A stretch of DNA of 64,000 nucleotides. Origin: Klebsiella pneumoniae. GTDB lineage: Bacteria; Pseudomonadota; Gammaproteobacteria; Pseudomonadales; UBA5518. The translations under genes and the position numbers were made by a program. A model generated the notes under the pieces. That model was not told where the DNA came from, ran no database searches, and saw nothing but the letters and a program-made list of their open reading frames with translations. The DNA lies in contig CAMAXE010000005.1 of the NCBI GenBank assembly GCA_945862145.1, positions 99,314 through 163,313 of the forward strand, given 5' to 3'. Positions within the stretch are counted from its first letter, which is position 1; the number at the start of each line of letters is the position of its first letter. This document shows positions 26,607 through 37,215 of the stretch, piece after piece.

Positions 26607-28442
26607 TCACCACCCGCACTGCTGCCCCTTGTTCTGCTCTTCGAGCCAGGTCTGCAGCGGCGCGAAATAGGCCACCACCGCCTTGCCGCTCATATCGGGC
26701 GATCCGGCGAAGGCCTCAAGCGCCTCGGGCCACGGGCGCGAGCGGCCCATCTCGAGCATCGCGTTCAACTTCGCGCCCACCTCCTTGTTGCCGTAGAAGG
26801 AGCAGCGGTGCAGCGGACCTTGGGAGCCCGCGATCTCGCAGGCCTTCTGATAGAACTGGAACTGCAGCATCCGCGCGAGGAAGTAACGCGTGTAGGGCGT
26901 GTTGCCGGGAATGTGGAACTTTGCGCCCGGATCAAAGTCGTCCTCGCTGCGCGGCACCGGTGAGACGACACCCATGTATTTGAGCCTGAGATCGGTCCAG
27001 CCCTTGTTCATCTCCGAGACGGGAATGCTGCCGTCGAAAACGCCCCAGCGCCATTTGTCGACGAGCAGGGTCCACGGGAGGCCGGGCACTTTCTCGAGCG
27101 CCTGGCGCAGCAGCAGGCCGATATCGCGCGATGCGTCCGGCACCTTCGATTTTTCCAGCAACCCGATCTGCACCAGATATTCCGGCGTCACCGAGAGCGC
27201 GATCATGTCGCCGATCGCCTCGTGGAAACCGTCGTTGGCGCTGCCCAGATACAGATAGGGTTGTTTGTTGTAAGCACGCTGGTAGAAGTTGTGACCGAGC
27301 TCGTGATGCACGGTCACGAAGTCACTCGCGTCCACCAGCGTGCACATCTTGATGCGCAAGTCGTCCTTGTTGTCGAGATCCCAGGCCGAGGCGTGGCAGA
27401 CCACCTCACGGTCACGCGGCTTCACGATCTGCGAGCGGGTCCAGAAAGTCTCCGGCAGCGGCGCGAATCCGAGCGAGTTGAAGAAGTTCTCGCCCGTCTT
27501 CACGATCTTCACCGCGTCGTACTGTTTCTTCACGAGCAGATCGCTGAGGTCGTAGCCGATGTCACCGGCACCAGCGGGCGCGGCAATGTCGTAGATGGAA
27601 TCCCACTGCTGTGCCCACATATTACCCAACAGGTCGGCGCGGATGGGGCCGGTGGCGAGCTGCACGCCATCACCATATTTCTGGTTCAGCTTACGGCGCG
27701 TGTAGCAATGCAGCTGGTCGTAGAGCGGTTTCACCTCACCCCAGAGCGAATCCGTGAGCGCGGCGAATTCCTCGGGCTGCATGTCGTAGTTGGAGCGCCA
27801 CATCGCGCCCAGATCCGCAAAGCCGAGTTCCTTCGCACCCTGGTTGGCGATATCGACCAGTCGCACGTAGTCCGCACGCATGGGCTTTCCTACCGCGTGC
27901 CAGGACGTCCACATCTCCTTCAATATTTCGGGGTCCCGCTCGGCGCCCATCAGCGCTTCGAGTTCAACGCCCGGCGTGGGCGTGCCCTTGTAGGTGCCCT
28001 TGCCCTTGCCATAGGCAGACTGCAGCCCCGTGGCAAGTGTGGCGAGTTCCTCGGCGGCTCCCGGCGTGGCGGGCGCGGGCAGCACGATCATCTGCTTCAG
28101 GGTGTCGAGCTTGCGGCGCGTGTCGAAAGAGAGCCCCGGCACCGCATCGAAACGCGCGGCATCCTTGGCGTAACGCACGGATTTCTGCACGCTCTCTGCG
28201 CCCACACGCGCCGATAGCCAGTCGGTGTCGTCGGTGAGGTAGGTGGCATTGATCCATGCCACCTTGGCCTCGTAGATCGCGAAGTCACCGAGGGATTTTT
28301 CCGCTTCCTGCACGAAGGCGTCGGCCTCGGCTGCGGTGGGCGCCACGGCTGCGGGCGCGGCGGCAACGCTCTCTTGCTTTTTGGCGCAGCCCGCGATGAG
28401 AGAGGCGCAGGCAACGGCGAGCGCAAGGGAGCGGATCTTCAT
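26607..28442 (-). CDS. Peptidase M2 (angiotensin-converting-enzyme-like peptidyl-dipeptidase), lipoprotein
   Basis: 'HHELGHNFY' HEXXH plus 'FHEAIGD' third zinc-ligand region, characteristic of the ACE family. Lipobox 'LIAGC'. Confidence 0.85.
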   Translation of the reverse strand: MKIRSLALAVACASLIAGCAKKQESVAAAPAAVAPTAAEADAFVQEAEKSLGDFAIYEAKVAWINATYLTDDTDWLSARVGAESVQKSVRYAKDAARFDAVPGLSFDTRRKLDTLKQMIVLPAPATPGAAEELATLATGLQSAYGKGKGTYKGTPTPGVELEALMGAERDPEILKEMWTSWHAVGKPMRADYVRLVDIANQGAKELGFADLGAMWRSNYDMQPEEFAALTDSLWGEVKPLYDQLHCYTRRKLNQKYGDGVQLATGPIRADLLGNMWAQQWDSIYDIAAPAGAGDIGYDLSDLLVKKQYDAVKIVKTGENFFNSLGFAPLPETFWTRSQIVKPRDREVVCHASAWDLDNKDDLRIKMCTLVDASDFVTVHHELGHNFYQRAYNKQPYLYLGSANDGFHEAIGDMIALSVTPEYLVQIGLLEKSKVPDASRDIGLLLRQALEKVPGLPWTLLVDKWRWGVFDGSIPVSEMNKGWTDLRLKYMGVVSPVPRSEDDFDPGAKFHIPGNTPYTRYFLARMLQFQFYQKACEIAGSQGPLHRCSFYGNKEVGAKLNAMLEMGRSRPWPEALEAFAGSPDMSGKAVVAYFAPLQTWLEEQNKGQQCGW

Positions 28443-28484
28443 GGCGTATTCCTGTTGTTGCTCTGGAGAAGGGGCTGCGCGGCT

Positions 28485-30185
28485 TCAATAACCCGCCGCC
28501 TGCCCATCGAAACGCGACTCCGACGCGCCAAGGTACACGTCCTCGGCGGCATCGTAACGGATGGCCTGATAGCCGCCGTAGTTGCCGGGTGCGCGGCGGA
28601 TTTGATGGCCGAGTGCGGCAAGCGCTTTCGCCACGTCATCACCATAGCCGCTCTCGAGGAAAACCTCACCGCCATTGCTGATCGGGATGCCCACGCCCGG
28701 ATCGGTGGAACCCTCGTGACGCCAGCGCGGCGCGTCGCCAGCCTCCTGCGCGTTCATGCCGTAGTCGTGCATGTTCACGAGAATCTGCGTGTGCCCCTGC
28801 GGCTGCATGTCGCCACCCATCACGCCATAGCTCATCCACGGCTGGCCGTCCTTGGTGATGAAGGCGGGGATAATGGTGTGGAACGGACGCTTGTGCGGCG
28901 CGAAGGCGTTGGGGTGCGCGGGATCGAGGTTGAACATCTGGCCACGGTCGTGCAGCACGAAGCCAAGCCCATGCGGCGTCATCCCCGAGCCCATACCCTG
29001 GTAGTTGCTCTGGATCAGCGAGACCATGTTGCGCTCGCTGTCTGCGACCGTGAGGTAGACCGTGTCAGCGCCGGGCCTCGGCATGCCCGGTCCGGGGCGC
29101 AGCGCTGCGGAATCCTCCTTGATCAGCGCGCGGCGCTCGGCGGCATATTCCTTGGAGATGAGCCACTCCACCGGCACCTTGGCGAACTCAGGGTCTGCAT
29201 ACCAGCGGCCGCGGTCCTCGTAGGCGAGTTTTTTGGCCTCGAGCATCCAGTGCAGGGCCTTGGGCGAGCCGAAGCCTGCGCCCGCAAGATCGAAGCCCTC
29301 GAGAATGTTCAGGATCTGCAGCGCGGCAATGCCCTGTCCGTTGGGGGGCAACTCCCAAAGATCGAGCCCGCGGTAGTTAGTGGAGACGGGCTCCACCCAT
29401 TCGGCGTGGTGATCAGCGAGATCGCGCATGCCAAGGTAGCCGCCCTGCTCCTTCATATAGGCAGAAATGCGCTCGGCGATCTCGCCCTTGTAAAACACGT
29501 CCCGGCCCCCGCGGGCGATCTTGTCCAGCGTGGCGGCGAGGAAGGGGTTGCGGAAGCGCTCACCCTTGAGCGGCGCTCGCCCCTTGGGCATGAATATAGG
29601 GGCGTAGCCCGGGAAGTCTTTCAACAGCGGGACATCGTCTGCCCAGCCGGCAGCGATCACCTCGCTCAGGTGGAAGCCCTCCGTCGCGTAGGCGATGGCG
29701 GGATCCAGGATATCGGTCATGGGCAGCTTGCCGAAGCGCCCGTGCAACGCGAACCAGCCGTCCACGCAGCCCGGCACCGTGACCGGCAGTGGGCCATAGG
29801 GCGGCATCACCTTCACTTTGCCACGCAACGCGTCGAGCGTGAGCGAATAGGGCGAGCGGCCACTGCCGTTCAGCCCGTGGAGGCGTTTCTCGCGGGCATC
29901 CCACACGATGGCGAAGATATCGCCGCCAATACCCGCGCCGGTGGGCTCGGTCAGGCCCAGTACGGCGTCGGCGGCAATCGCGGCGTCGACCGCAGAGCCA
30001 CCTTTCTGCAGGATGCGCAGCGCAGCCTGCGTAGCGAGCGGCTGGCTGGTGGCTGCCATGCCGTGACGGGCAATGACCTCGGAGCGGGTGGCGAAAGGGC
30101 GGCCCACGTAACGATCGCCGCCGCGGGCGAGCGGTGCGGCCATCAGCGCGAGCGAGCCTTGCATGAAGCGGCGTCGGGTAGGCAT
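28485..30185 (-). CDS. ggt: Gamma-glutamyltransferase family protein
   Basis: Signal 'RRRFMQGSLALMAAPLA'. Autoprocessing-Thr region 'GADTVYLTVAD' and 'GVMGGDMQPQGH' motif of YwrD-type GGTs. Confidence 0.9.
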   Translation of the reverse strand: MPTRRRFMQGSLALMAAPLARGGDRYVGRPFATRSEVIARHGMAATSQPLATQAALRILQKGGSAVDAAIAADAVLGLTEPTGAGIGGDIFAIVWDAREKRLHGLNGSGRSPYSLTLDALRGKVKVMPPYGPLPVTVPGCVDGWFALHGRFGKLPMTDILDPAIAYATEGFHLSEVIAAGWADDVPLLKDFPGYAPIFMPKGRAPLKGERFRNPFLAATLDKIARGGRDVFYKGEIAERISAYMKEQGGYLGMRDLADHHAEWVEPVSTNYRGLDLWELPPNGQGIAALQILNILEGFDLAGAGFGSPKALHWMLEAKKLAYEDRGRWYADPEFAKVPVEWLISKEYAAERRALIKEDSAALRPGPGMPRPGADTVYLTVADSERNMVSLIQSNYQGMGSGMTPHGLGFVLHDRGQMFNLDPAHPNAFAPHKRPFHTIIPAFITKDGQPWMSYGVMGGDMQPQGHTQILVNMHDYGMNAQEAGDAPRWRHEGSTDPGVGIPISNGGEVFLESGYGDDVAKALAALGHQIRRAPGNYGGYQAIRYDAAEDVYLGASESRFDGQAAGY

Positions 30186-30472
30186 GTGGCGGTTCTCCTC
30201 ATATCGGGTTTCCCCGAAGGAACGCTAAGGATCAAGGGCGCTAAGCGCCAACAGCTCAAGCCTAACCGAAGCCAGTCTGCAAGCGCACCACCGGGATGGA
30301 TCCGACCGGGTCGGGTTCCCCCACACCCAGACCCGAACGCAGTAGTCGGAAATCTGCCGCAAAGGACATCCCGGGTATGACACAGCCGCTCGGGAGGGCT
30401 TGTCTTGGTCTATGCTGATATAGATCAATGTTTAACCGCCGATCAACTGCACGATCTGTTGAGGGATTCTGG

Positions 30473-31621
30473 GTGCTGGAGTGGCTCCAACGCAGGCGCA
30501 ACATCCGCCAGCGGCTGTCGGTTTGCCCGACGCCGGGGGGAGTTTCGCTGGCGCTCGCCGATCGCGACGAGAACGATGCGCTGGTGATTCGCTGGGCAGA
30601 GCATCTCACGCTGGAACCGGAGGCCGGTGACTCAGCACCCGGCAGCGCAGCCGCCGCAACGGAGACTGCAGCCACCCCCGACCAGCGCGCAGAGCAGCGC
30701 AGCAGCGACCGGCGCGGCAGCGACCGGCGTGCGACCGATCGCCGTCAGGGCGACCGCCGCCAGATGGACCGCCGCGATGGCGCGCAGGCAACCTCATCCG
30801 CAAGCCAGGCTACCGCGGACCCGCGACTCGTGGATCTTCTGCAGCGCTTTGTCCGCGAACGCAACCTGAAGAACATTCCCTGCACCGGCTTGCTGCGTGC
30901 CGGCGACTACAGCCTCGTCCTCGTCGATTCGCCGGACGTGCCACCCTCCGAAATCCGCTCGGCAATGCGCTGGCAGATCCGGGAGTTGATCGACTTCCAC
31001 ATCGATGACGCCGTGATCGATGTCTTCGACTTGCCCGAGCGAGACGGCCACCGTGCAAGACGCATGTACGCGGTGGCGGCGCGCCGGGAGCGCGTGCTCC
31101 AGCTCATAAGCCTGACGAACCTCTCAGGCCTCAACCTGCAGAGCATCGATATTCCCGAACTGGCGCTGCGCAACATCGCGGCACGCCTCCCGGAGGATGC
31201 GGGGGGAGTGGCACTCATAGCCCTCGATCGTCAGCAGGGCCTGATGACCGTGACGCGGCAGGATGCGCTCTATTTCTCCCGACGAGTCGACTGCAACACC
31301 GAGCGCCTGCTGGCAGCCTCGGAGGGCGAGGACCTCACCCCGGCCCTCGAGAGCCTGCTCGACGGCCTGACCATCGAGATCCAACGCTCACTCGACTTCT
31401 ACGAGCGACACTTCAGCCAGTCCTCGGTGGCGGGCATCGTGATCAGCCCTGTGCCGGGGTTATCCGACAAGGTGTGCGCCTATCTGCAGGCACAGCTCGG
31501 GATACCCACGCGCTGGCTCGATGTGGCCGCCCAATGCGTTGCGCCGGTCCCGGAGGCGGTGCTGGTGGAGGGGATCAGCGTCCTGGGTGGCGCCCTGCGC
31601 GAGGAGCAGGTCGCGCTATGA
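30473..31621 (+). CDS. mshI: MSHA-type pilus biogenesis protein MshI (PilM-like)
   Basis: ORF 30428-31621. GTG 30473 has GAGGGA 6 nt upstream; ATG 30428 has no RBS. The C-terminal ~260 aa resemble PilM/MshI. First gene of the msh-like locus. Confidence 0.7.
   Translation: MLEWLQRRRNIRQRLSVCPTPGGVSLALADRDENDALVIRWAEHLTLEPEAGDSAPGSAAAATETAATPDQRAEQRSSDRRGSDRRATDRRQGDRRQMDRRDGAQATSSASQATADPRLVDLLQRFVRERNLKNIPCTGLLRAGDYSLVLVDSPDVPPSEIRSAMRWQIRELIDFHIDDAVIDVFDLPERDGHRARRMYAVAARRERVLQLISLTNLSGLNLQSIDIPELALRNIAARLPEDAGGVALIALDRQQGLMTVTRQDALYFSRRVDCNTERLLAASEGEDLTPALESLLDGLTIEIQRSLDFYERHFSQSSVAGIVISPVPGLSDKVCAYLQAQLGIPTRWLDVAAQCVAPVPEAVLVEGISVLGGALREEQVAL
30704..30778 (+). repeat. Five degenerate 15-bp tandem repeats inside mshI encoding xDRRx
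   Basis: Codons read SDRRG-SDRRA-TDRRQ-GDRRQ-MDRRD, with the nucleotide unit (NNN)GAYCGNCGN(NNN). Embedded in an Ala/Ser/Gln-rich insertion. Confidence 0.8.
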
Positions 31622-32232
31622 GGCAGCAGATCAATCTCTACGACCCCATCCTGCGCCAGCCGAAACCGGTGTTTTCCGCGGTGGCGACGTTGCAGACTTT
31701 GCTGGTCGTGCTGACGGCACTGATTCTCTTCCACACCTATGCCCAATGGCAGGTGGCGGCACTCGCGGCCAGCGTCAAACAACTGCAGGCGAGCCACACA
31801 CTGGCCGGCCAGCGCTATCAGGAACTGCAGACCCGCAATCCCCGCAAGACTGCCGACACGGGCCTCGAGACCCGCGTCATGGTCCTGGCCACGGAGGTCG
31901 GCCGCGCCCACAAGCTGGCCGATGCGCTGAGCGCGGGGGCCTTCGGGAATGCCGCCGGCATGTCGGATTACCTGGTGGCGCTTGCGCGGCAGCGCATCGA
32001 GGGGCTGTGGCTCACCCGGATCGACATCCTCCAGGGTGGCCAAACCCTGAACCTCTCGGGCAGGAGCCTTGAGGCCGAGCGCGTGCCCCAGTACCTGCAG
32101 GGACTGTCGACGGAACGGGTCTTCAACGGTCGCACCTTTGGTCAATTAAAGCTGCAGCGCGACGATACCGGGCTGGATTTCATACTGGGCACGGCGGCCA
32201 CCAAGCCCGGCCCGGGAGGAAGCGGCGAATGA
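31618..32232 (+). CDS. PilN-like MSHA biogenesis protein (MshI2/PilN family)
   Basis: ORF 31474-32232. ATG 31618 overlaps the mshI stop (ATGA). N-terminus 'MRQQINLYDP' followed by a single TM helix, as in PilN-type proteins. Confidence 0.7.
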   Translation: MRQQINLYDPILRQPKPVFSAVATLQTLLVVLTALILFHTYAQWQVAALAASVKQLQASHTLAGQRYQELQTRNPRKTADTGLETRVMVLATEVGRAHKLADALSAGAFGNAAGMSDYLVALARQRIEGLWLTRIDILQGGQTLNLSGRSLEAERVPQYLQGLSTERVFNGRTFGQLKLQRDDTGLDFILGTAATKPGPGGSGE

Positions 32233-32960
32233 ACCAGATCCTTGCACCGCTGCTGGTTCGGCTGCGTGATCTTGGCAAACGCATCGATGCGCTGACGCTG
32301 AAAGAGCGCCTGCTGCTGGTCGCCGCCGCGCTGCTGCTGATGGTGTATGGCTGGAACCAGTGGTTCCTCGGACCGCTGGAGACCCAGCGCGCCACCCTGG
32401 TGGCCGAGCGCGATGCCGTGTCGCAAGAACTGTCCCGCTTCGATGCCCTCACCATCGAGTGGTCCGCCGCGGCTGCAGTAGACCCGGACGCGGAAAGCAA
32501 GCAGCGCATGGAGACGCTGACGCGCGAACTGAGGGAGATCGCCGCGACGATCGAGCAACGGGCCGGGCGCATGGTACCGCCAGAGCAAATGCCAGAAGTG
32601 CTGCATAAAGTGCTCTCTGGCCTGTCCGACCTGCGCTTCGAGAGCCTCGAGGGCTTGCCCACGCAACCGGTCATCGCCGAGGCCGAGCCCGGCGCCGCGA
32701 CCACCACTGGGGCGACGCAACCCGCCGCAGCCGACACCGCATCGGCCCGGGGCACGGCCCACTCCGCCTACCGCCATGGATTCCGCATACGCTTCAGCGG
32801 AAGCTACCGCGCCGTCACACAGTATCTGCAGCAACTGGAGAAATTGCCCTTCGGGTTTTTCTGGGACGAGTTGAGCCTGGATGCCAAGGAATTCCCCCAA
32901 CTGCGGGGTTCGCTCGTGGTCTACACTGTTAGCTTGGATCAGGGGTGGATCGGTGTCTGA
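32229..32960 (+). CDS. mshJ: MSHA biogenesis protein MshJ (PilO-like)
   Basis: ATGA overlap with the preceding gene. N-terminal TM helix plus coiled-coil, then a PilO-like C-terminal domain. Position matches mshJ. Confidence 0.7.
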   Translation: MNQILAPLLVRLRDLGKRIDALTLKERLLLVAAALLLMVYGWNQWFLGPLETQRATLVAERDAVSQELSRFDALTIEWSAAAAVDPDAESKQRMETLTRELREIAATIEQRAGRMVPPEQMPEVLHKVLSGLSDLRFESLEGLPTQPVIAEAEPGAATTTGATQPAAADTASARGTAHSAYRHGFRIRFSGSYRAVTQYLQQLEKLPFGFFWDELSLDAKEFPQLRGSLVVYTVSLDQGWIGV

Positions 32961-33316
32961 GCAGAGATGCTTGGCCGTAGCTGCGTGTCTGGCGGCCTGT
33001 TTGGCGGGCGGTCATGCACTGCCTGCGTGGTCCCAAGAGCGGCCCACCGAGGAACTGGGAGACCCCATGCGTCCGCCCCAAGTGCAGGCCGCACCCACCG
33101 TGGAGGGCGACGCGGCGCCGCAGGCGCAGGCAGTGCTGCGCCTGCAGGCCATCAAGAGCGAGCGCGGTCGGCGCGTGGCTGTAATCAACGGCAAGGTCGT
33201 CCGCGTGGGCGACGAAGTGGACGGGGCAACGATCACAGGTATCGCTGCCAACAGCGTTGTCATTCTTGCGGAGGGGAAGTCGTCGGTATTGAAGCTGCTG
33301 GGGCAGGACGTAAAGC

Positions 33317-33339
<23 letters not shown>
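32953..33339 (+). CDS. mshK: MshK-like small exported protein
   Basis: In-frame GTG 32953 overlaps the mshJ stop (the track ORF starts at 32881). Signal 'LAVAACLAACLAGGHALPAWS'. C-terminal 'RRVAVINGKVVRVGDEVDGATITGI' resembles MshK. Confidence 0.65.
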
Positions 33340-35089
<1,750 letters not shown>

Positions 35090-35119
35090 GACACGCGGAC
35101 ACAACACCCGGCATCGCTC

Positions 35120-36064
35120 ATGTACCTACAGCATTTCCGGTTGAACGAGCTGCCCTTCACCCTAACGCCGGACACGGCGTTCTTCATGGGCAGCGCAGGC
35201 TATCGCGACGCGCTGAACGTGTTGTTGGTGGCGCTGCGCAGCGGTGAGGGCTTCACCAAGGTGGTCGGCGAAGTCGGCACGGGCAAGACGCTGCTCTGCC
35301 GCACACTCCTGAAAACACTGACACCCGAGTTCCATATCGCCTACCTGCCCAACCCGTATCTGCGACCCTCGAGCCTGCTGCTATCGATCGCCGACGAACT
35401 AGGGATCAAATACCCCAAACGCGCCAGCCAGCACGAATTGCTGAGCCGCATAAACGACGGACTGCTGGCCTCGCACACGGAAGGACGGCGAGTGGCGCTG
35501 TGCATGGACGAAGCCCAAGCGGTGCCCCTGCAGACGCTGGAGACGCTGCGCCTGCTGACCAATCTCGAGACCGAAAAGACCAAGCTGCTGCAGGTGGTTC
35601 TTTTCGGCCAGCCCGAATTGGACAAAGTGCTCGACGACCCCGCCATCCGCCAGCTGCGCCAACGCATCACCTTCAGCTACCAGCTGCAGCCGATGGGCCG
35701 TGAAGGCGTGGAGGAATACCTGCGGCACCGACTCGCCGTGGCCGGCTACGACGGTCCGCGACTCTTTGACTCCCGAGCGGTGGATCTCATCTACCGAGGC
35801 AGCGGTGGCGTTCCGCGCCTGATCAACATCCTGGCGCACAAGTCCCTGATGGCCGCCTTCGGTGAGGGGGAAGCTCGGGTGGGCAAGGTCCACGCGCGTC
35901 GCGCAGTGGAGGATACCGATGATGCCCGCTCGGTCACGAGGACCGGTGTCAGCGTGTTGTCTTGGCTGAAGCGGCTCTGGAGCCGCTTTGCAGGCCTGTT
36001 CGGCGCCATCGCCGCAATCGGGATCGCTCTCGAGCTGCGACACCTCTCAGGGTTGATCGGATGA
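35120..36064 (+). CDS. mshM: MshM, ExeA-like AAA ATPase
   Basis: Walker A 'GEVGTGKT' and Walker B 'VALCMDEAQ'. N-terminus 'FRLNELPFTLTPDTAFF' typical of ExeA/MshM. Confidence 0.85.
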   Translation: MYLQHFRLNELPFTLTPDTAFFMGSAGYRDALNVLLVALRSGEGFTKVVGEVGTGKTLLCRTLLKTLTPEFHIAYLPNPYLRPSSLLLSIADELGIKYPKRASQHELLSRINDGLLASHTEGRRVALCMDEAQAVPLQTLETLRLLTNLETEKTKLLQVVLFGQPELDKVLDDPAIRQLRQRITFSYQLQPMGREGVEEYLRHRLAVAGYDGPRLFDSRAVDLIYRGSGGVPRLINILAHKSLMAAFGEGEARVGKVHARRAVEDTDDARSVTRTGVSVLSWLKRLWSRFAGLFGAIAAIGIALELRHLSGLIG

Positions 36065-37215
36065 GCCTGATCAACCGCATGCTGACCGACCTTGAGGAGC
36101 GTCGGGGCGGCAACCTTCGCAACGTCGATCACGCGCTGGACGGCCTGCGACCCACCTCGGGCGGGCCGCCGAAGTCTCGCCCGCGAAGCCGTCGGGGGAG
36201 CGCGGCCGCCATTGCCGTCATCGCCGTGCTGGCCGCGCTTTCAACCTATATTTTCCTGCGCGTTGATGCCGCCGTTGCCCCCGCGCCGACCGTGACTGAG
36301 ACCGCCGCACGCAGCGACAACGCCGCGGCTCCCGCAACCGCCCAAGCCCCTGCGCAACCGCCTGCCGTTACGCCCCCAGCCGCAGCAACGGGAGAGCAAT
36401 CCGTAGCGGTCGTCCTGAATGATGTTCCCCGTAAAGCCGTGACGGATGAGCCACAACCCGCGGCGCCCGTTACACCAGTGGAGGAGCCGGCGCCGATGCC
36501 CGGGGCCACGCAGGAAACCACAGCAGCCACACCATCACCGCCTGCCGTGGCAACACCGAAACCCATGCTGTCCCAGCCGAACACCGAAGAGCACCGCGAG
36601 CCGCTGGTGAACACCTCACCAAAATCCGACGCCAGGCGCTCGGGTAGTCGCAAGGCGGAGCGCTCCACCGCGACAAACAGCACAAACCCCGCCCCCGCAA
36701 CGCAAGTCGAGAGTGAGGGCAGCTTCTTCCTTGCCGATGCCGCACCGCCGACCGGCGCCGCCGACCGGGCAATTACCATGCTGGAAGAGGGCGACACCGA
36801 AGGCGCCGAAGCAATGCTGCGCGAGGGCCTGGCCACGGCGCCCGGCGACACCTCCATGGCGCGGGTGCTGGGGCATATCCTGCTCGCGCGCAACGATGCG
36901 TCCGGCGCGGTGCAGGCACTGCGCCCCGCGGCGCCCACACTGGAGTCAGATCCCGATTACCACGCGTTGCTGGCAGCGGCCGAGCAGCGCAGCGGCGCAC
37001 ACGGCGCGGCCATCCGCCGCTACCGCGAGCTGCTCCGGCTGCAGCCGGCCAACGGACCGTGGCTCGCAGGACTGGGGATCTCGCTGCAGGCGAGCGGCGA
37101 TGAGCCCGGCGCGGCAGAGGCGTTCCGCAAGGCGCTGGCAGATCCTGCACTGCCGCCACCGCTACACGATTTCGCCATGCAGCAGGCAATGCAGATCAAG
37201 GAGCGGCAGCCGTGA
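36061..37215 (+). CDS. mshN: MshN, TPR-repeat pilus biogenesis protein
   Basis: ORF 35962-37215. ATG 36061 overlaps the mshM stop (ATGA). N-terminus 'MSLINRMLTDLEERR', one TM helix, an Ala/Pro-rich linker and C-terminal TPR-like repeats. Confidence 0.75.
   Translation: MSLINRMLTDLEERRGGNLRNVDHALDGLRPTSGGPPKSRPRSRRGSAAAIAVIAVLAALSTYIFLRVDAAVAPAPTVTETAARSDNAAAPATAQAPAQPPAVTPPAAATGEQSVAVVLNDVPRKAVTDEPQPAAPVTPVEEPAPMPGATQETTAATPSPPAVATPKPMLSQPNTEEHREPLVNTSPKSDARRSGSRKAERSTATNSTNPAPATQVESEGSFFLADAAPPTGAADRAITMLEEGDTEGAEAMLREGLATAPGDTSMARVLGHILLARNDASGAVQALRPAAPTLESDPDYHALLAAAEQRSGAHGAAIRRYRELLRLQPANGPWLAGLGISLQASGDEPGAAEAFRKALADPALPPPLHDFAMQQAMQIKERQP

Noticed and set aside
28374-30380. 668-aa plus-strand ORF
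   Set aside because: It is antisense to the gamma-glutamyltransferase gene and has no motifs.
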